A stretch of DNA of 64,000 nucleotides from an uncultured Methanosarcinaceae archaeon (GTDB lineage Archaea > Halobacteriota > Methanosarcinia > Methanosarcinales > Methanosarcinaceae). Shown piece by piece: positions 22,245-32,903 of the stretch. Made by a program: the position numbers and the translations under genes. Every line of letters starts with the position of its first letter. Positions within the stretch are counted from its first letter, which is position 1. The notes beneath the pieces were generated by a model. The model was not told where the DNA came from and did not search any database. It saw only the letters and a list, made by a program, of their open reading frames with translations. Location of the stretch: NCBI GenBank assembly GCA_963727895.1, contig CAVSHT010000005.1, positions 32,001-96,000 of the forward strand. The letters are read 5' to 3'.

Positions 22245-22871
22245 ATGAACTTCTGGTTGATCAAAGCTGCAGGAACCTTAGAAGATGAAGAACTGATTAT
22301 AGAAAATAGTGTGATTACAATAGGATGGGCTGAGTTTCCGGATTTATCCAGCATTAAAAACGAAGTTCAGGTAAAGAAAATAATGCTTGAAAAATATCCC
22401 GGAATGCAAAAGGAACGCAGCTCTGCCTGGGCAAGAGAGATAAACTCATTTATAAAAAATATAAAGAAGGGAGACTTTGTAGCAGTCCCACTTAAAACAA
22501 GGAACGAAATGTTGATAGGAAAAGTTACTGGAGACTACGAGTTCCGGCAGCTCAGCAACTTTATCAGCCATATCAGGAGCGTAAGATGGCTTAAAACGGT
22601 CTCTAAAGGAAATTTTGAGGAAGAATACAATATAGATCTCAATTCTCCTGAGGTACTTTCCCTTATAGAAGCAGAAAATGAAAAACTTTCAGGTTTAGTC
22701 AAAATAAAAACCTTGGAAGATATTGTCAAAGAGCTTAACTTTGCCTTTGATGAACTCGAATACCTTAAAGAAAAACTGCTTGAGCTTACTTACAGATTGG
22801 CTGAAACCGAAGATATCTCAGAAGTCAAAACAATTGCAGCTGAGATGGAGAATCTATTGAAAGAAAAGTAA
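22245..22871 (+). CDS. Protein resembling the N-terminal domain of Mrr-type restriction-system proteins, without a nuclease domain
   Basis: FWLIKA...ITIGW..PDLS...IKKGDFVAVP...IGKVTGDYEF...RSVRWL followed by a coiled-coil C-terminus. GAGGT RBS before ATG 22245. Confidence 0.7.
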   Translation: MNFWLIKAAGTLEDEELIIENSVITIGWAEFPDLSSIKNEVQVKKIMLEKYPGMQKERSSAWAREINSFIKNIKKGDFVAVPLKTRNEMLIGKVTGDYEFRQLSNFISHIRSVRWLKTVSKGNFEEEYNIDLNSPEVLSLIEAENEKLSGLVKIKTLEDIVKELNFAFDELEYLKEKLLELTYRLAETEDISEVKTIAAEMENLLKEK

Positions 22872-22934
22872 TATTGAGAAAAAATAAAGAAAAAAATAAC
22901 GAAAATGAGAATTTCATCTAATAAAATCTAATTT

Positions 22935-24563
22935 TTAACCAATGAGGTCATTGAGATCAAGTTCAAACCCGACAACTGAGTATCCAAGTCCGAAATTGCT
23001 TATAACCTCAGGATGGAATTCTCCGAAAACTCCGAGTTTTTTGCCGTTGACATAGACATCAGCCCTTCTGCCTTCGATAAATGCAGGATCTTCGGATTCT
23101 TTTACCTCGTAGGAAAGCATCATTTCTCTCATGAAGGCATCTACAACCTCATAAATTTCAGTAAAGTTAGCCTGAGGGTGAATCGAGACTGCAGCTACGT
23201 GTTGGCAGGTTATTTCGTTGCTTACAACCTCTCCAAACTCGAATATCTTCTGAGGAAGTTCTCTGTGCTGGTTTAAGGAAAGAATTTCAAGGAGATTCGG
23301 AAGCAGAGTTGTTCTGACAATTGTCTGGTCTTCGCTTATAGGGTGGAGGACATAGGTAACATCACTGGTCTTTTGCCTGCGCATATTTTCAAAGTTAATT
23401 TTTTCGCTTGTAAGCGTAAATGGCATGACCTCATAGTAACCAAGTCCGATCATTATCTCATTAACTGGAGCACGAAGCAATGAAATAGGATGAGATTTCC
23501 CTGCGGTATAAGTCTCAGGAATCTTTCCTTCTATGTTTTCATACCCGTAGCCTTTGGCAATATCTTCTACAAGATCGTAGTTATGAAGAATATCAGCCCT
23601 GTAAGCCGGCACCTCTACCTCAATGGTTTCTTCATCAAGAGCTTTTGCTCCAAAGCGCATCCTTTCAAGCTGTTTAACAATTTCTTCTAAGGAGAGATCC
23701 ATACCAAGAAGAGATTTTACTTCATCTTTTGTAAGAAATCTGGTTTTAGGTTCGAGATCAGGCAGAATAAGTTCTCCGCAATCGGGTCTGATAATCCTTA
23801 CGGATTCTATCTGCCCTCCTCTTTCTGCAAGTGCGGTAGCAACAATGTTTAGGGCAGTGTATACGGCTTCTCCAAGCCCTGTGACATCGATAAAGAGATC
23901 AGTTGTACGCTCGGTTACACTTGTGAGTGTCCCGTTAATAATAGGTGGGAAAGACAACACATTGTCATCTGCATCTAGGATTATCGGATATTTTTCAAAG
24001 TCCTTTACAAGATGAGCAAACCTTGTACCTTTGGGATGTTTTTCCATAATTTCTGTCATGCTCATTTTTTCGGTGTAGTCCAGAGGCACGAACTCGAAAT
24101 CTGGATCGACGGCCATATACCTGAAAGGCGGCTTGACGTTTGAAAGATCGTGAACTCCTATAGATACTTTTTTTCTGTTTCTTCCAAGTCCCCAGTGCAG
24201 ATCTTCCTGAAGGTCCATAAGTGATTTTATGGACGAAGATGTGAATTTTACGCCTCTTATAACTGCACATCCAAGGAAAGGTCTGATTTTCAGAATTTCT
24301 TCGCTAACCGAGATTGAAACATTTGATGGTTTTACCTTATATTCAGACTGCCCGGTCTCAAGATCTAAGAAACCCCGCATTGCTCTGGCTGCTCCTTCAA
24401 CACTATAAAGGTCAGGCCTGTCAGGAAAAAACTCAACATCGATATATTCGTCTTCAACCCTTTCGATATCAGCACCTATCATAGGCACTCTTTTTATGAT
24501 GGTTTCTTTATCGATTCCTGTGAGTTTCTCGAGATCGTTGTACTGTAAGGTAATTACTGGCAT
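22935..24563 (-). CDS. pheT: Phenylalanine-tRNA ligase beta subunit (archaeal type)
   Basis: [42 protein letters not shown] and [10 protein letters not shown]. Confidence 0.97.
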   Translation of the reverse strand: MPVITLQYNDLEKLTGIDKETIIKRVPMIGADIERVEDEYIDVEFFPDRPDLYSVEGAARAMRGFLDLETGQSEYKVKPSNVSISVSEEILKIRPFLGCAVIRGVKFTSSSIKSLMDLQEDLHWGLGRNRKKVSIGVHDLSNVKPPFRYMAVDPDFEFVPLDYTEKMSMTEIMEKHPKGTRFAHLVKDFEKYPIILDADDNVLSFPPIINGTLTSVTERTTDLFIDVTGLGEAVYTALNIVATALAERGGQIESVRIIRPDCGELILPDLEPKTRFLTKDEVKSLLGMDLSLEEIVKQLERMRFGAKALDEETIEVEVPAYRADILHNYDLVEDIAKGYGYENIEGKIPETYTAGKSHPISLLRAPVNEIMIGLGYYEVMPFTLTSEKINFENMRRQKTSDVTYVLHPISEDQTIVRTTLLPNLLEILSLNQHRELPQKIFEFGEVVSNEITCQHVAAVSIHPQANFTEIYEVVDAFMREMMLSYEVKESEDPAFIEGRRADVYVNGKKLGVFGEFHPEVISNFGLGYSVVGFELDLNDLIG

Positions 24564-24857
24564 GGAAGTTCATCTCATCTTTTGCTAGCTAACTTAACCC
24601 AAAACATACTCAACTTTACATTTAATGTTTTTGTTTCAAAAAATTATTTCAATTATCTGAAAAGTTGAATAAAGCATGTAAGAATATTTCAGGTCATACA
24701 AGGAAGAATTAATATGATCTGGAAGAACTATGAGCTATAACTAACTGGACTTTGTAGAAAACTTACTTTAACATTTACCTAGAAATCCCAACAAAATACC
24801 TATTTATCAATGAAAGGTTAATTTCCTTTATAGATAGAAGCAGATGGGGCACTGGTT

Positions 24858-25841
24858 CTGGAAAACAATATCATAGAAGTAAGCGATCTTGAATATTTTT
24901 TTGGAGAAATAAAAGCCGTCGATAATATTAGTTTTACAGTATGGAGAGGGGAAATTTTCTCATTTCTCGGACCTAATGGAGCGGGAAAAAGTACCGTAAT
25001 CAATATTCTTACCACCCTGCTGCCTATGCAAAAAGGGAAAGTAATTATTGCAGGTCATGATTTGAGAACCGAGCCTGAAAAAGTAAGGGAATCCATTGGG
25101 ATTGTTTTTCAGGAATTGACTCTTGATAGAGATATGACTGTAGGAGAGATTCTTGAGTACCATGGAAGGCTCTATTCCATGCCAAAAGATCAAAGGCGAA
25201 TGCGTATTGACGAACTGCTCAATCTGGTTGAACTTGAAGCAAAGAGGGATGTCCTTACAAGGTATCTGAGCGGCGGAATGAAGCGCAGGCTTGAGATTGC
25301 AAGAGGATTGATGACCCGCCCGAAAGTACTTTTTATGGATGAGCCTACTATCGGGCTTGACCCTCAGACAAGGATAAGAATTTGGGATTATGTACGGGAC
25401 ATTAATCGGCAAGGTACAACAGTTTTTCTGACAACTCACTATATGGACGAAGCCGATCAGCTCAGTGAGTATATAAGTATCATAGATCACGGAAAGATAA
25501 TTGTTACAGGCAAACCTTGGGAATTAAAAAATGCACTTGGTCAAGACATTATATATCTGGAAACAAGTGATAACAAGGGAGCTTCAGGTATTTTAAAGAA
25601 ACTCGATACTGTTAGAGGGGTTAGAGACAAATCAAAAGGAGTAATTGTCATGGTCAACGTGGACGGTACTTACCTGTTGCCTGAGATCATGGATAAACTT
25701 CGGGATGGGGGAATTAAGATCAGGGCGGTAAACCTCAAAAAACCATCAATGGATGATGTTTTTGTTCATTACACAGGAAGGGAACTAAGGGATGCTACTG
25801 GAACCGAAAAAACGGCAGTGAAGAGATCAGGAGGGCGTTAA
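24858..25841 (+). CDS. ABC-2/DrrA-type ABC transporter ATP-binding protein, probable CTG start
   Basis: Walker A (LGPNGAGKST) lies upstream of the 25026 ATG in the same frame. The only plausible starts after the upstream TAG are CTG 24852 or 24858. LSGGMKRRL, MDEPTIGLDP and TTHYMDEA present. Confidence 0.93.
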   Translation: MENNIIEVSDLEYFFGEIKAVDNISFTVWRGEIFSFLGPNGAGKSTVINILTTLLPMQKGKVIIAGHDLRTEPEKVRESIGIVFQELTLDRDMTVGEILEYHGRLYSMPKDQRRMRIDELLNLVELEAKRDVLTRYLSGGMKRRLEIARGLMTRPKVLFMDEPTIGLDPQTRIRIWDYVRDINRQGTTVFLTTHYMDEADQLSEYISIIDHGKIIVTGKPWELKNALGQDIIYLETSDNKGASGILKKLDTVRGVRDKSKGVIVMVNVDGTYLLPEIMDKLRDGGIKIRAVNLKKPSMDDVFVHYTGRELRDATGTEKTAVKRSGGR

Positions 25842-25844
25842 GAA

Positions 25845-26681
25845 ATGCATAAAGGCTTTCTTACTATCTACTGGCGAGATATGCTAAGGTTTGTTAGGTT
25901 TCGAACACTTATGTTTACCTCCCTTGTTCAGCCTGCTCTCTGGCTGGCTTTCTTTGGAGTGGCAATGTCAAATAATTTTGATAGACTAACTGCAACCATA
26001 CCAGCGGTTCCAGGTGTCAAAGCTGTCGGTTACCTGACTTTTATCGGCGCAGGTGTTATTGCCATGACCACGCTTTTCACTAGTCTTTTTGGAGGCACAG
26101 TATTGCTATTTGATAAAAACTGGGGTCTTATGCGGGAGACTCTTTCCAGTCCTCTTCCAAGAATCCATATAATCATAGGGGTAGGCCTTTCAGCAATGAC
26201 CAAGTCCTTTATCCAGGTAGCTGTTATATTGGGTTTTGGACTTCTGCTTGGAGTCCGTTTTTTTGAAGGTTACACAGCAACACAGATTTTTGTCTCACTT
26301 ATTGGAATTATGTTTTTTATTGGAGCATTTTCACTGGGATTTCTTTTCCTATCAACTGCAATCGCAATAACAATGGAAAGTCCTGAAGGAATGCAAGCGG
26401 TAATTACTCTGCTTACCATGCCTTTCTTTTTCACGAGCAATGCACTTTATCCGGCTAGCTCCTTTCCCCCTGTTCTCCGAGCTCTATCTACAATAAATCC
26501 CCTTACTCATCTGGTTAATGGGGTCAGGTATTTTGCAATAGGGAGTGATTTTTCGTCAATAGGCATTCGTTATACTTACACACAAGGAGAAATTATTTTT
26601 TCCTTCCTTTCACTGCTGGCTTTTGCTGCAATAATGTTTTTCATTGCTAGATGGCGGTTTACGAAGGTTACAGTCACATGA
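25845..26681 (+). CDS. ABC-2 type transporter permease
   Basis: Six TM segments, LVQPALWLAFFG, FFFTSNALYP and INPLTH; adjacent to the ATPase gene. Confidence 0.92.
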   Translation: MHKGFLTIYWRDMLRFVRFRTLMFTSLVQPALWLAFFGVAMSNNFDRLTATIPAVPGVKAVGYLTFIGAGVIAMTTLFTSLFGGTVLLFDKNWGLMRETLSSPLPRIHIIIGVGLSAMTKSFIQVAVILGFGLLLGVRFFEGYTATQIFVSLIGIMFFIGAFSLGFLFLSTAIAITMESPEGMQAVITLLTMPFFFTSNALYPASSFPPVLRALSTINPLTHLVNGVRYFAIGSDFSSIGIRYTYTQGEIIFSFLSLLAFAAIMFFIARWRFTKVTVT

Positions 26682-26739
26682 TTTCAATACGGCTCATATT
26701 TAAAAGCTGTAAAGATAAAAGTAGAAGAGGGGAAAAGCT

Positions 26740-27000
26740 ATGGTTTGTACACACCAAAATATGATACAAATAAAGGACATAGATCCGGGTTCAAAGGGAT
26801 GTGAGGAGTGCCTGAAGAGCGGGGATAGCTGGGTGCACCTTAGAATTTGCTTGACCTGCGGACATGTGGGCTGCTGTGATTCATCAAAAAATAAACACAC
26901 AACAAAACATTTTAAAGAAACTGGACATCCTTTAATCCAACCTTTCGAGCCAGGTGAGGACTGGAAATACTGTTATATTGATCGTCAATACCTTGAATAA
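26740..27000 (+). CDS. UBP-type zinc-finger protein
   Basis: CTH...GCEECL...WVHLRICLTCGHVGCCDSS.NKH...HF..TGHP...EPGEDW.YCY. Confidence 0.92.
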   Translation: MVCTHQNMIQIKDIDPGSKGCEECLKSGDSWVHLRICLTCGHVGCCDSSKNKHTTKHFKETGHPLIQPFEPGEDWKYCYIDRQYLE

Positions 27001-27116
27001 AAAGCTGGCAACCAAAAAACCAGGAGTATCAAAAGATTCATTGTAGCTGGAATAATCTCATTTCAGAAACTTAATTTCCAAAAATATATCCCTTTTTATC
27101 CATTTTATCTTTTATT

Positions 27117-27930
27117 TATAGCTTGAATGCAACTTATTACACGTATTACCACTTCTCTATTCTTATGGTGGGGAAAGAACACATTCCTATTTATCAAAAT
27201 ATAACTCTTGATGAGATTAACGTTTTAATCAGACATGAAAACAATTCAAGAATGCTTAAAAGACTCTATTTTGTCAAATCCAATTTTTAGGGGATTCTGT
27301 TGAAAAAGCTACAACTAAAGTTGGAGTTACTAAGAAAACAGGATATTATTGGCAAGAAAATTGGAATAAAGGTGGCTATGCCGCCTTAATACCAAATTTT
27401 GGTGGAGGACGAAAACCCAAGCTTACCGATGAGCAAATGAAAGAATTAAAAATGTTGTTAGAAAAAAGGATTACTGGACTACAAGAGGTGTTTTAGAGCT
27501 AGTAAAGGAAAAATATGGTGTAGAGTATTCACAGAAGCAAATTCAGGTCATACTGCATAATTTTTATATGTATCATTCAAAACCATAACTCTTAACTATA
27601 GAAGACCTGAAAACGCTGAGAAAATTTTAAAAAAAGTTAATAGAAGCAATTCCAGAGTATATAGGTTCAGATGACCAATATATCATAGGTTTTCTGGATG
27701 AATCTTCACCACAAACAAAAGCAAATACACAACGATTAATCCGATGGAATTTGTATGGAAAACGATTAAAAGAGAAGTATCTGTAAGATTTATTCAATCT
27801 AAAGAACATCTTAAAAACATTATTAAAAATTAATTTATGAAGGTGGAAAAATCATTATCATTTGCAAAGAAATGGATAGAAAAATTCCATTTACAAATAA
27901 AAAGTGTAATTTTTTGAATCAGAAACTATA
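27117..27930 (+). mobile_element. Decayed IS630-family element (internal deletions, frameshifts, stops)
   Basis: Fragments from ATG 27165: MVGKEHIP...KRLYFVK, WNKGGYAALIPNFGGGRKPKLTDEQ, GFLDESSPQTKANTQRL and NPMEFVWKTIKRE. TATAG...CTATA ends. Confidence 0.8.
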
Positions 27931-28081
27931 ATTGGGGCAAAATATGAAAGTGGAATATGAGAAAAGAGTTATGAGAAAAAGCTGTGAGATTTGAGTGAGT
28001 AAAAATATATAATATGGAATACATACTTACTTAAAAACTATATCCAGTGATGTCCCATAAAAACTTCAGGCTAATGACAAC

Positions 28082-29761
28082 ATGATACACAAAAGACTCC
28101 ATCGCTATGCCATGTTGAAAAGATATGGTCAGATAATTGAGGTTCTTCAGAAATATGGGTTTGGATATATTGTTGACCAGATAGGTTTGAGTAGCATTAG
28201 AGACCTGACCTACAAGTTCAAGAATAAGGCTAAATCAGATAAACTCAATGATTCAGGTCCGGTTAGAGTACGTAAGATACTTGAAGAACTGGGTCCAACC
28301 TACATTAAGTTAGGTCAATTATTGAGCATGAGGCATGACCTCGTGCCTCTTGAGTATGCTACAGAACTTGAAAAACTTCAGGATGAGGCACCCTCTTTTG
28401 AGTATGAAGAAGTTGAGCTAATTGTAAGAGAAGAACTTGGCCATCCCATAGAGGAATTATTCGATTTTTTTGAAAAGAAACCACTTGCCTGTGCGTCCAT
28501 TGGACAGGTTCATAAGGCAAAGATAAAAAACGGCGATGAAGTTGTTGTAAAAGTCCAGCGTCCTGGCATAAAGGAGATAATTGAATCTGATCTGGATATT
28601 ATGTATAGTATAGCCAGGCTTGTTGATGAATATATGCCAGAGGCTAGATTATATCGACCGATGGAAATTATTGATGAGTTATCCCGAAGTACTCTTGCAG
28701 AAATAGATTATACTCAGGAAGGCTGGAACACTGATCGTTTCGCAGACAATTTTAAGGACAATGCACAGATTTGCATTCCAAAAGTTTACTGGAACTATAC
28801 AAATACACGAGTGCTAACCCTGGAATATATTAAAGGTATAAAAGGCAGCCGTATTGATTTATTGGAAAAACAGGGGTTCAATAGGAGCAATATAGCTTTC
28901 GTAGTAGGAAATGCTTTCATGCAACAGGTGTTTGAAAACGGCTTTTTCCACGCAGACCTGCATGCAGGAAATATACTGATAATGGAAGATGGAACCGTAG
29001 CCTTTCTTGATTTTGGGATGACAGGGTATATTTCTCCAGAAGTAAGCGATATATTTCTTGATGGAATGATAGCTTTAGTTCAAGGAGACAGTTCAGCGTT
29101 CATTGAGTTGTGTCGAGATATGGGTTGTATAGACTCTTACGTAGACACCAGATCATTGAAAATAGACATGGAAACTTTTCGCTCGAAATATTATGGGAAG
29201 GCTCTAAAAAACATTGAGACTTCTATAATTATTGAAGAGTTAATGGGGATTTTAAGAGAACATCAAGTTACATTGCCTCACAATATAGCTTTATTAGTAA
29301 GAGGAATAGTGGCTGTTGAAGGTTTTGGACTGATAATTAATCCGGATTTCAGTTTTACTCAACTTATAGAACCTTACGCGAAAAAAGAAATGAAAGAGCG
29401 CTTTAATCCTCAAAATCTTGCCCGCAGAACCTATTGTAGTATTTCAAGCTGGTCACGTCTGTTCCAGAAAGCTCCTACAAAAATCTCACATATCCTTGAT
29501 CACGCCGAAAATGGTTCTTTGAGAATAAAGTTTGAATCGTCAGACAGTAATCGGTTGATTTCAGAAATTGACGTTGCCAGTAATCGCCTTGCTTTTAGTC
29601 TGATAATCTCTGCCATGATCATTGCATCTTCTATGGTCATTCAGACAAATATGAAACCTTTTCTATGGAATGTGCCTTTTCTTGGCGTTTTCAGTTTTTT
29701 TATTGCCAGCCTCTTTGGGCTATGGCTCGTTTTTAATATATTCAGGACAGGCAGAATATGA
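28082..29761 (+). CDS. AarF/ABC1/UbiB-family kinase
   Basis: ELGPTYIKLGQ, ACASIGQVHKA, VKVQRP, FFHADLHAGNI, DFGM and two C-terminal TM helices. Confidence 0.93.
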   Translation: MIHKRLHRYAMLKRYGQIIEVLQKYGFGYIVDQIGLSSIRDLTYKFKNKAKSDKLNDSGPVRVRKILEELGPTYIKLGQLLSMRHDLVPLEYATELEKLQDEAPSFEYEEVELIVREELGHPIEELFDFFEKKPLACASIGQVHKAKIKNGDEVVVKVQRPGIKEIIESDLDIMYSIARLVDEYMPEARLYRPMEIIDELSRSTLAEIDYTQEGWNTDRFADNFKDNAQICIPKVYWNYTNTRVLTLEYIKGIKGSRIDLLEKQGFNRSNIAFVVGNAFMQQVFENGFFHADLHAGNILIMEDGTVAFLDFGMTGYISPEVSDIFLDGMIALVQGDSSAFIELCRDMGCIDSYVDTRSLKIDMETFRSKYYGKALKNIETSIIIEELMGILREHQVTLPHNIALLVRGIVAVEGFGLIINPDFSFTQLIEPYAKKEMKERFNPQNLARRTYCSISSWSRLFQKAPTKISHILDHAENGSLRIKFESSDSNRLISEIDVASNRLAFSLIISAMIIASSMVIQTNMKPFLWNVPFLGVFSFFIASLFGLWLVFNIFRTGRI

Positions 29762-29986
29762 GTCTTTTAACTTTTAATATGGGTCTTAAAGAAGTTTTTA
29801 TTCTAAAAAATGCCTTAAAATTCATTAAAAGTCTGAAATTTCATCTAAACTTTTATGGTTTTTCGAATTGAAGTTTTCTAACACTTATTTCCGGAAAAAG
29901 AACAAAATATTAGGATGGATATGTTAAGCCTTTGTAAAACTTAAACCCATCCGAATTTTGTTAAACTTTTCTCTGAACTTTAGCGT

Positions 29987-32401
29987 TTAAAGACTATGCA
30001 TAGGTGCAAAACTGTTTTCCGGATAATGTACTACCTGCCTGGGCAAGTCCATGTCCAGAGCTTCTCGCAAGACCTCTTCAATGGTCTCTACAGGCACGAA
30101 CTTTAGCTCGTTTCTAACATCCTCAGGTATATCCTCCAGATCCCTTTCATTCTCTTTTGGCAGAATTATCTTCTTTATGCCTGCCCTGTGAGCTGCAAGA
30201 ACTTTCTCCTTTATACCGCCAACAGGAAGTACTGCTCCACTTAGAGTAACTTCACCTGTCATAGCGATTTTTGGGTCAACTGCTTTACCAGTAATGAGGG
30301 ACGTAAGAGCTGTAAAGAGAGTCACACCTGCAGACGGGCCGTCTTTTGGGGTTGCACCTGAAGGCACGTGGATATGGATGTCGCTTGAAGTAAAGTCAAA
30401 GCTGTTTGCAGTATTTGCAAGCCGTGACCTGACAAAGCTCAAAGAGATCTTTGCAGACTCCTTCATCACGTCCCCAAGCTGTCCTGTAAGCGTAAGTTTT
30501 CCACTTCCTGGCATAAACGTGCCCTCTATGAAGAGAATATCTCCTCCTACAGGCGTCCATGCAAGCCCTGTAACAACGCCGGGTACAACCTCTTTTCTGG
30601 CTTCTTCCTGTCGGATTACCTCTTTTCCGAGAATTTCTTTGAGCATATCTACCTTGACCACATAAGGCAGATAGGCTTTGCCTGAAACTATCTTTTCGGA
30701 CACATATCTTGCTGTCTTTGCAAGTTGTTTTTTGAGTCCACGGACACCAGCTTCGCGAGTATACTTATCAATGATTACTTTCAGAGCTTCGTCTTCAATT
30801 TTAAGTTGCTCTGAATCAAGGCCGTGATCTTCCAGTACGCCAGGTATCAGGTGGTCTTTTGCAATCGCAAGTTTCTCGTTTTTCGTATAACCTGAGATTT
30901 CGATAGTTTCCATTCTATCCAGAAGCGGCCAGGGGATACTTGACAGTGAGTTGGCAGTGGCTATGAACAATACATCAGACAGGTCATATGGAATTTCCAG
31001 ATAGTGGTCTGAGAATGTGCTGTTTTGTTCCGGATCAAGGACTTCCAGAAGAGCACTTGCCGGGTCTCCGGAATAAGAAGTTGAAAGCTTGTCAACCTCA
31101 TCAAGGATAAATACTGGATTTTTCGTGCCTGCTTTTCTCATGCCCTGAATAATCCTTCCTGGTAGAGCACCTACATATGTCCGCCTGTGTCCTCGAATCT
31201 CGGCTTCGTCTTTGACACCTCCAAGGCTTACACGGATATATTTTCTACCAAGAGCATCGGCTATGCTTTTTCCAAGACTTGTCTTTCCAGTCCCGGGAGG
31301 TCCTACCAGGAGTAGAATTGAGCCTTGTTTCTCCTTTTTTAATTTCATTACTGCCAGATGCTGGATTATCCTCTCTTTAACTTTTTCAAGGCCATTGTGA
31401 TTGTTCTCAAGCACACGTCGAGCTTCAGCGATATCAATGTTTTTCTTCTCTTCGGTTACCCAGGGAAGATCGATCAGCAGGTCAAGATAGTTCCTTATAA
31501 CCTGAGCTTCTGGATTATGGCTGCCTCCGGCTTCAAGTTTTCTTAATTCTGACAATGCTTTCTTTTTTACTTCTTCAGGCATCTTAGAGTTTTCAATTTT
31601 CTTCCTGTATGCAGCATCGCCTGAATCCGAGTCACCTCCCTCGTTGAGCTCTTCCTGAATCATCTTCAATTGCTCGCGGAGCATTGCCTCTCTATTCGAC
31701 TTGCTGATTTTGTCGGTGACTTTTTTTGCCATTTCAATCTGGAGGTTGATATTTTCTTTATGCTTTGTCAGAATATGAAGGAATAAGAGATACCGTTCAC
31801 GGTTTGAGGCGAGCTCCAGAAGTTTCTGTTTTTCGGCAAGACTCACAGGTATGTAAGGCATGACAAATCCTATTATCCTGTCAATAGAATCCATCTTATC
31901 TATTGGCTGTGTGAAGTGATCTGCACCCTGGAAACGATTGCTTATTTGGCGAATCGTCTGTTTTATATTTGCCATTACTTTTGCCTGGCTGTCTTCATCG
32001 AAATCAGGAAGATCATATACATGCCTGTATGTTGTGTAGAACAGCCCTTCTTTTCGATGGAAAGAAAGAGCTTCTACTCTTTCTATTGCCTTTGCGACAA
32101 TGAGATATCCTTTGTCAGCAGGCTGTACAAATGTAATTTTAAGCAAATTTCCGGTTTTATACAGACTATCTTCAGATAAGTCTGATGCCTCTGTGCCACT
32201 TTTTACAGTTAGACCGATGGCGTTTACAAATTCGGCATATTTCATTTCATTAAACAATATTTCGCCGGTAACTTCGTCAGCCATGAGTTTTATCCTGCTT
32301 TTTGGGTAAGCTACTACATCAAAAAGGGGCACTACCAGTTTCTCTTGTTTTTCTCCGGTTTGTTCAGAATACATTGTCATTCTTCTCAATTGTTGTTCCA
32401 T
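29987..32401 (-). CDS. lon: ATP-dependent protease La (bacterial-type LonA)
   Basis: N-domain, [36 protein letters not shown] (catalytic Ser) and GGIKEK. Alternative start 32380. Confidence 0.97.
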   Translation of the reverse strand: MEQQLRRMTMYSEQTGEKQEKLVVPLFDVVAYPKSRIKLMADEVTGEILFNEMKYAEFVNAIGLTVKSGTEASDLSEDSLYKTGNLLKITFVQPADKGYLIVAKAIERVEALSFHRKEGLFYTTYRHVYDLPDFDEDSQAKVMANIKQTIRQISNRFQGADHFTQPIDKMDSIDRIIGFVMPYIPVSLAEKQKLLELASNRERYLLFLHILTKHKENINLQIEMAKKVTDKISKSNREAMLREQLKMIQEELNEGGDSDSGDAAYRKKIENSKMPEEVKKKALSELRKLEAGGSHNPEAQVIRNYLDLLIDLPWVTEEKKNIDIAEARRVLENNHNGLEKVKERIIQHLAVMKLKKEKQGSILLLVGPPGTGKTSLGKSIADALGRKYIRVSLGGVKDEAEIRGHRRTYVGALPGRIIQGMRKAGTKNPVFILDEVDKLSTSYSGDPASALLEVLDPEQNSTFSDHYLEIPYDLSDVLFIATANSLSSIPWPLLDRMETIEISGYTKNEKLAIAKDHLIPGVLEDHGLDSEQLKIEDEALKVIIDKYTREAGVRGLKKQLAKTARYVSEKIVSGKAYLPYVVKVDMLKEILGKEVIRQEEARKEVVPGVVTGLAWTPVGGDILFIEGTFMPGSGKLTLTGQLGDVMKESAKISLSFVRSRLANTANSFDFTSSDIHIHVPSGATPKDGPSAGVTLFTALTSLITGKAVDPKIAMTGEVTLSGAVLPVGGIKEKVLAAHRAGIKKIILPKENERDLEDIPEDVRNELKFVPVETIEEVLREALDMDLPRQVVHYPENSFAPMHSL

Positions 32402-32406
32402 ATATT

Positions 32407-32427
32407 TAGTTTTAATTTACCTAACTA
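32407..32427. promoter_or_regulatory. Candidate MarR operator upstream of lon
   Basis: TAGTT-N11-AACTA palindrome, with a similar site at 32883-32903. Confidence 0.4.
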
Positions 32428-32446
32428 TTACTATGGACAAAAAAAA

Positions 32447-32866
32447 TTATCTTATTTTCCCCAGAATTTTAATAAGCATGTCCATTTCGTTCTCATCCAG
32501 TGAATTCGTTATCTTGTCAATAACCTGCAACAAAGCATTTTCTTCAGCATGTGCTATCATCTGCCCTTTTTCTGTCAGACGAATATAAAAAATTCTTCTA
32601 TCGTCCTGGGATTTTTCTCTATATACACACTCCATTTTGACAAATTTATTAACCATCTCAGTAATGGTGGGCTTTGAATTTCTGGTGACTTTAGCAAGCT
32701 TGCTAAATGTTGCTTCTCCGCATTCATCAATGGCCTTCAAGTATCCTATCTGCTTGATAGTAATATCCGATAATCCACATTCGGAGAAAATCTGACAGGA
32801 GCATTCGCTTCTTATTTTGATCAGGTTTTCAAAAACTATGAACAAATGCTCTTTTTTCTCTTTCAT
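32447..32866 (-). CDS. MarR-family transcriptional regulator
   Basis: ITIKQIGYL...TFSKLA...SKPTITEMVNKF...YREKSQDDRRIFYIRLTEKG winged helix. Confidence 0.92.
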   Translation of the reverse strand: MKEKKEHLFIVFENLIKIRSECSCQIFSECGLSDITIKQIGYLKAIDECGEATFSKLAKVTRNSKPTITEMVNKFVKMECVYREKSQDDRRIFYIRLTEKGQMIAHAEENALLQVIDKITNSLDENEMDMLIKILGKIR

Positions 32867-32882
32867 GCTGAATCCAGACCGT

Positions 32883-32903
32883 TAGTTCGGTTATCCCTAA
32901 TTA
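32883..32903. promoter_or_regulatory. Candidate MarR autoregulatory operator
   Basis: TAGTT-N11-AATTA, 17 bp upstream of the marR start and next to a TATA-like element. Confidence 0.4.
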
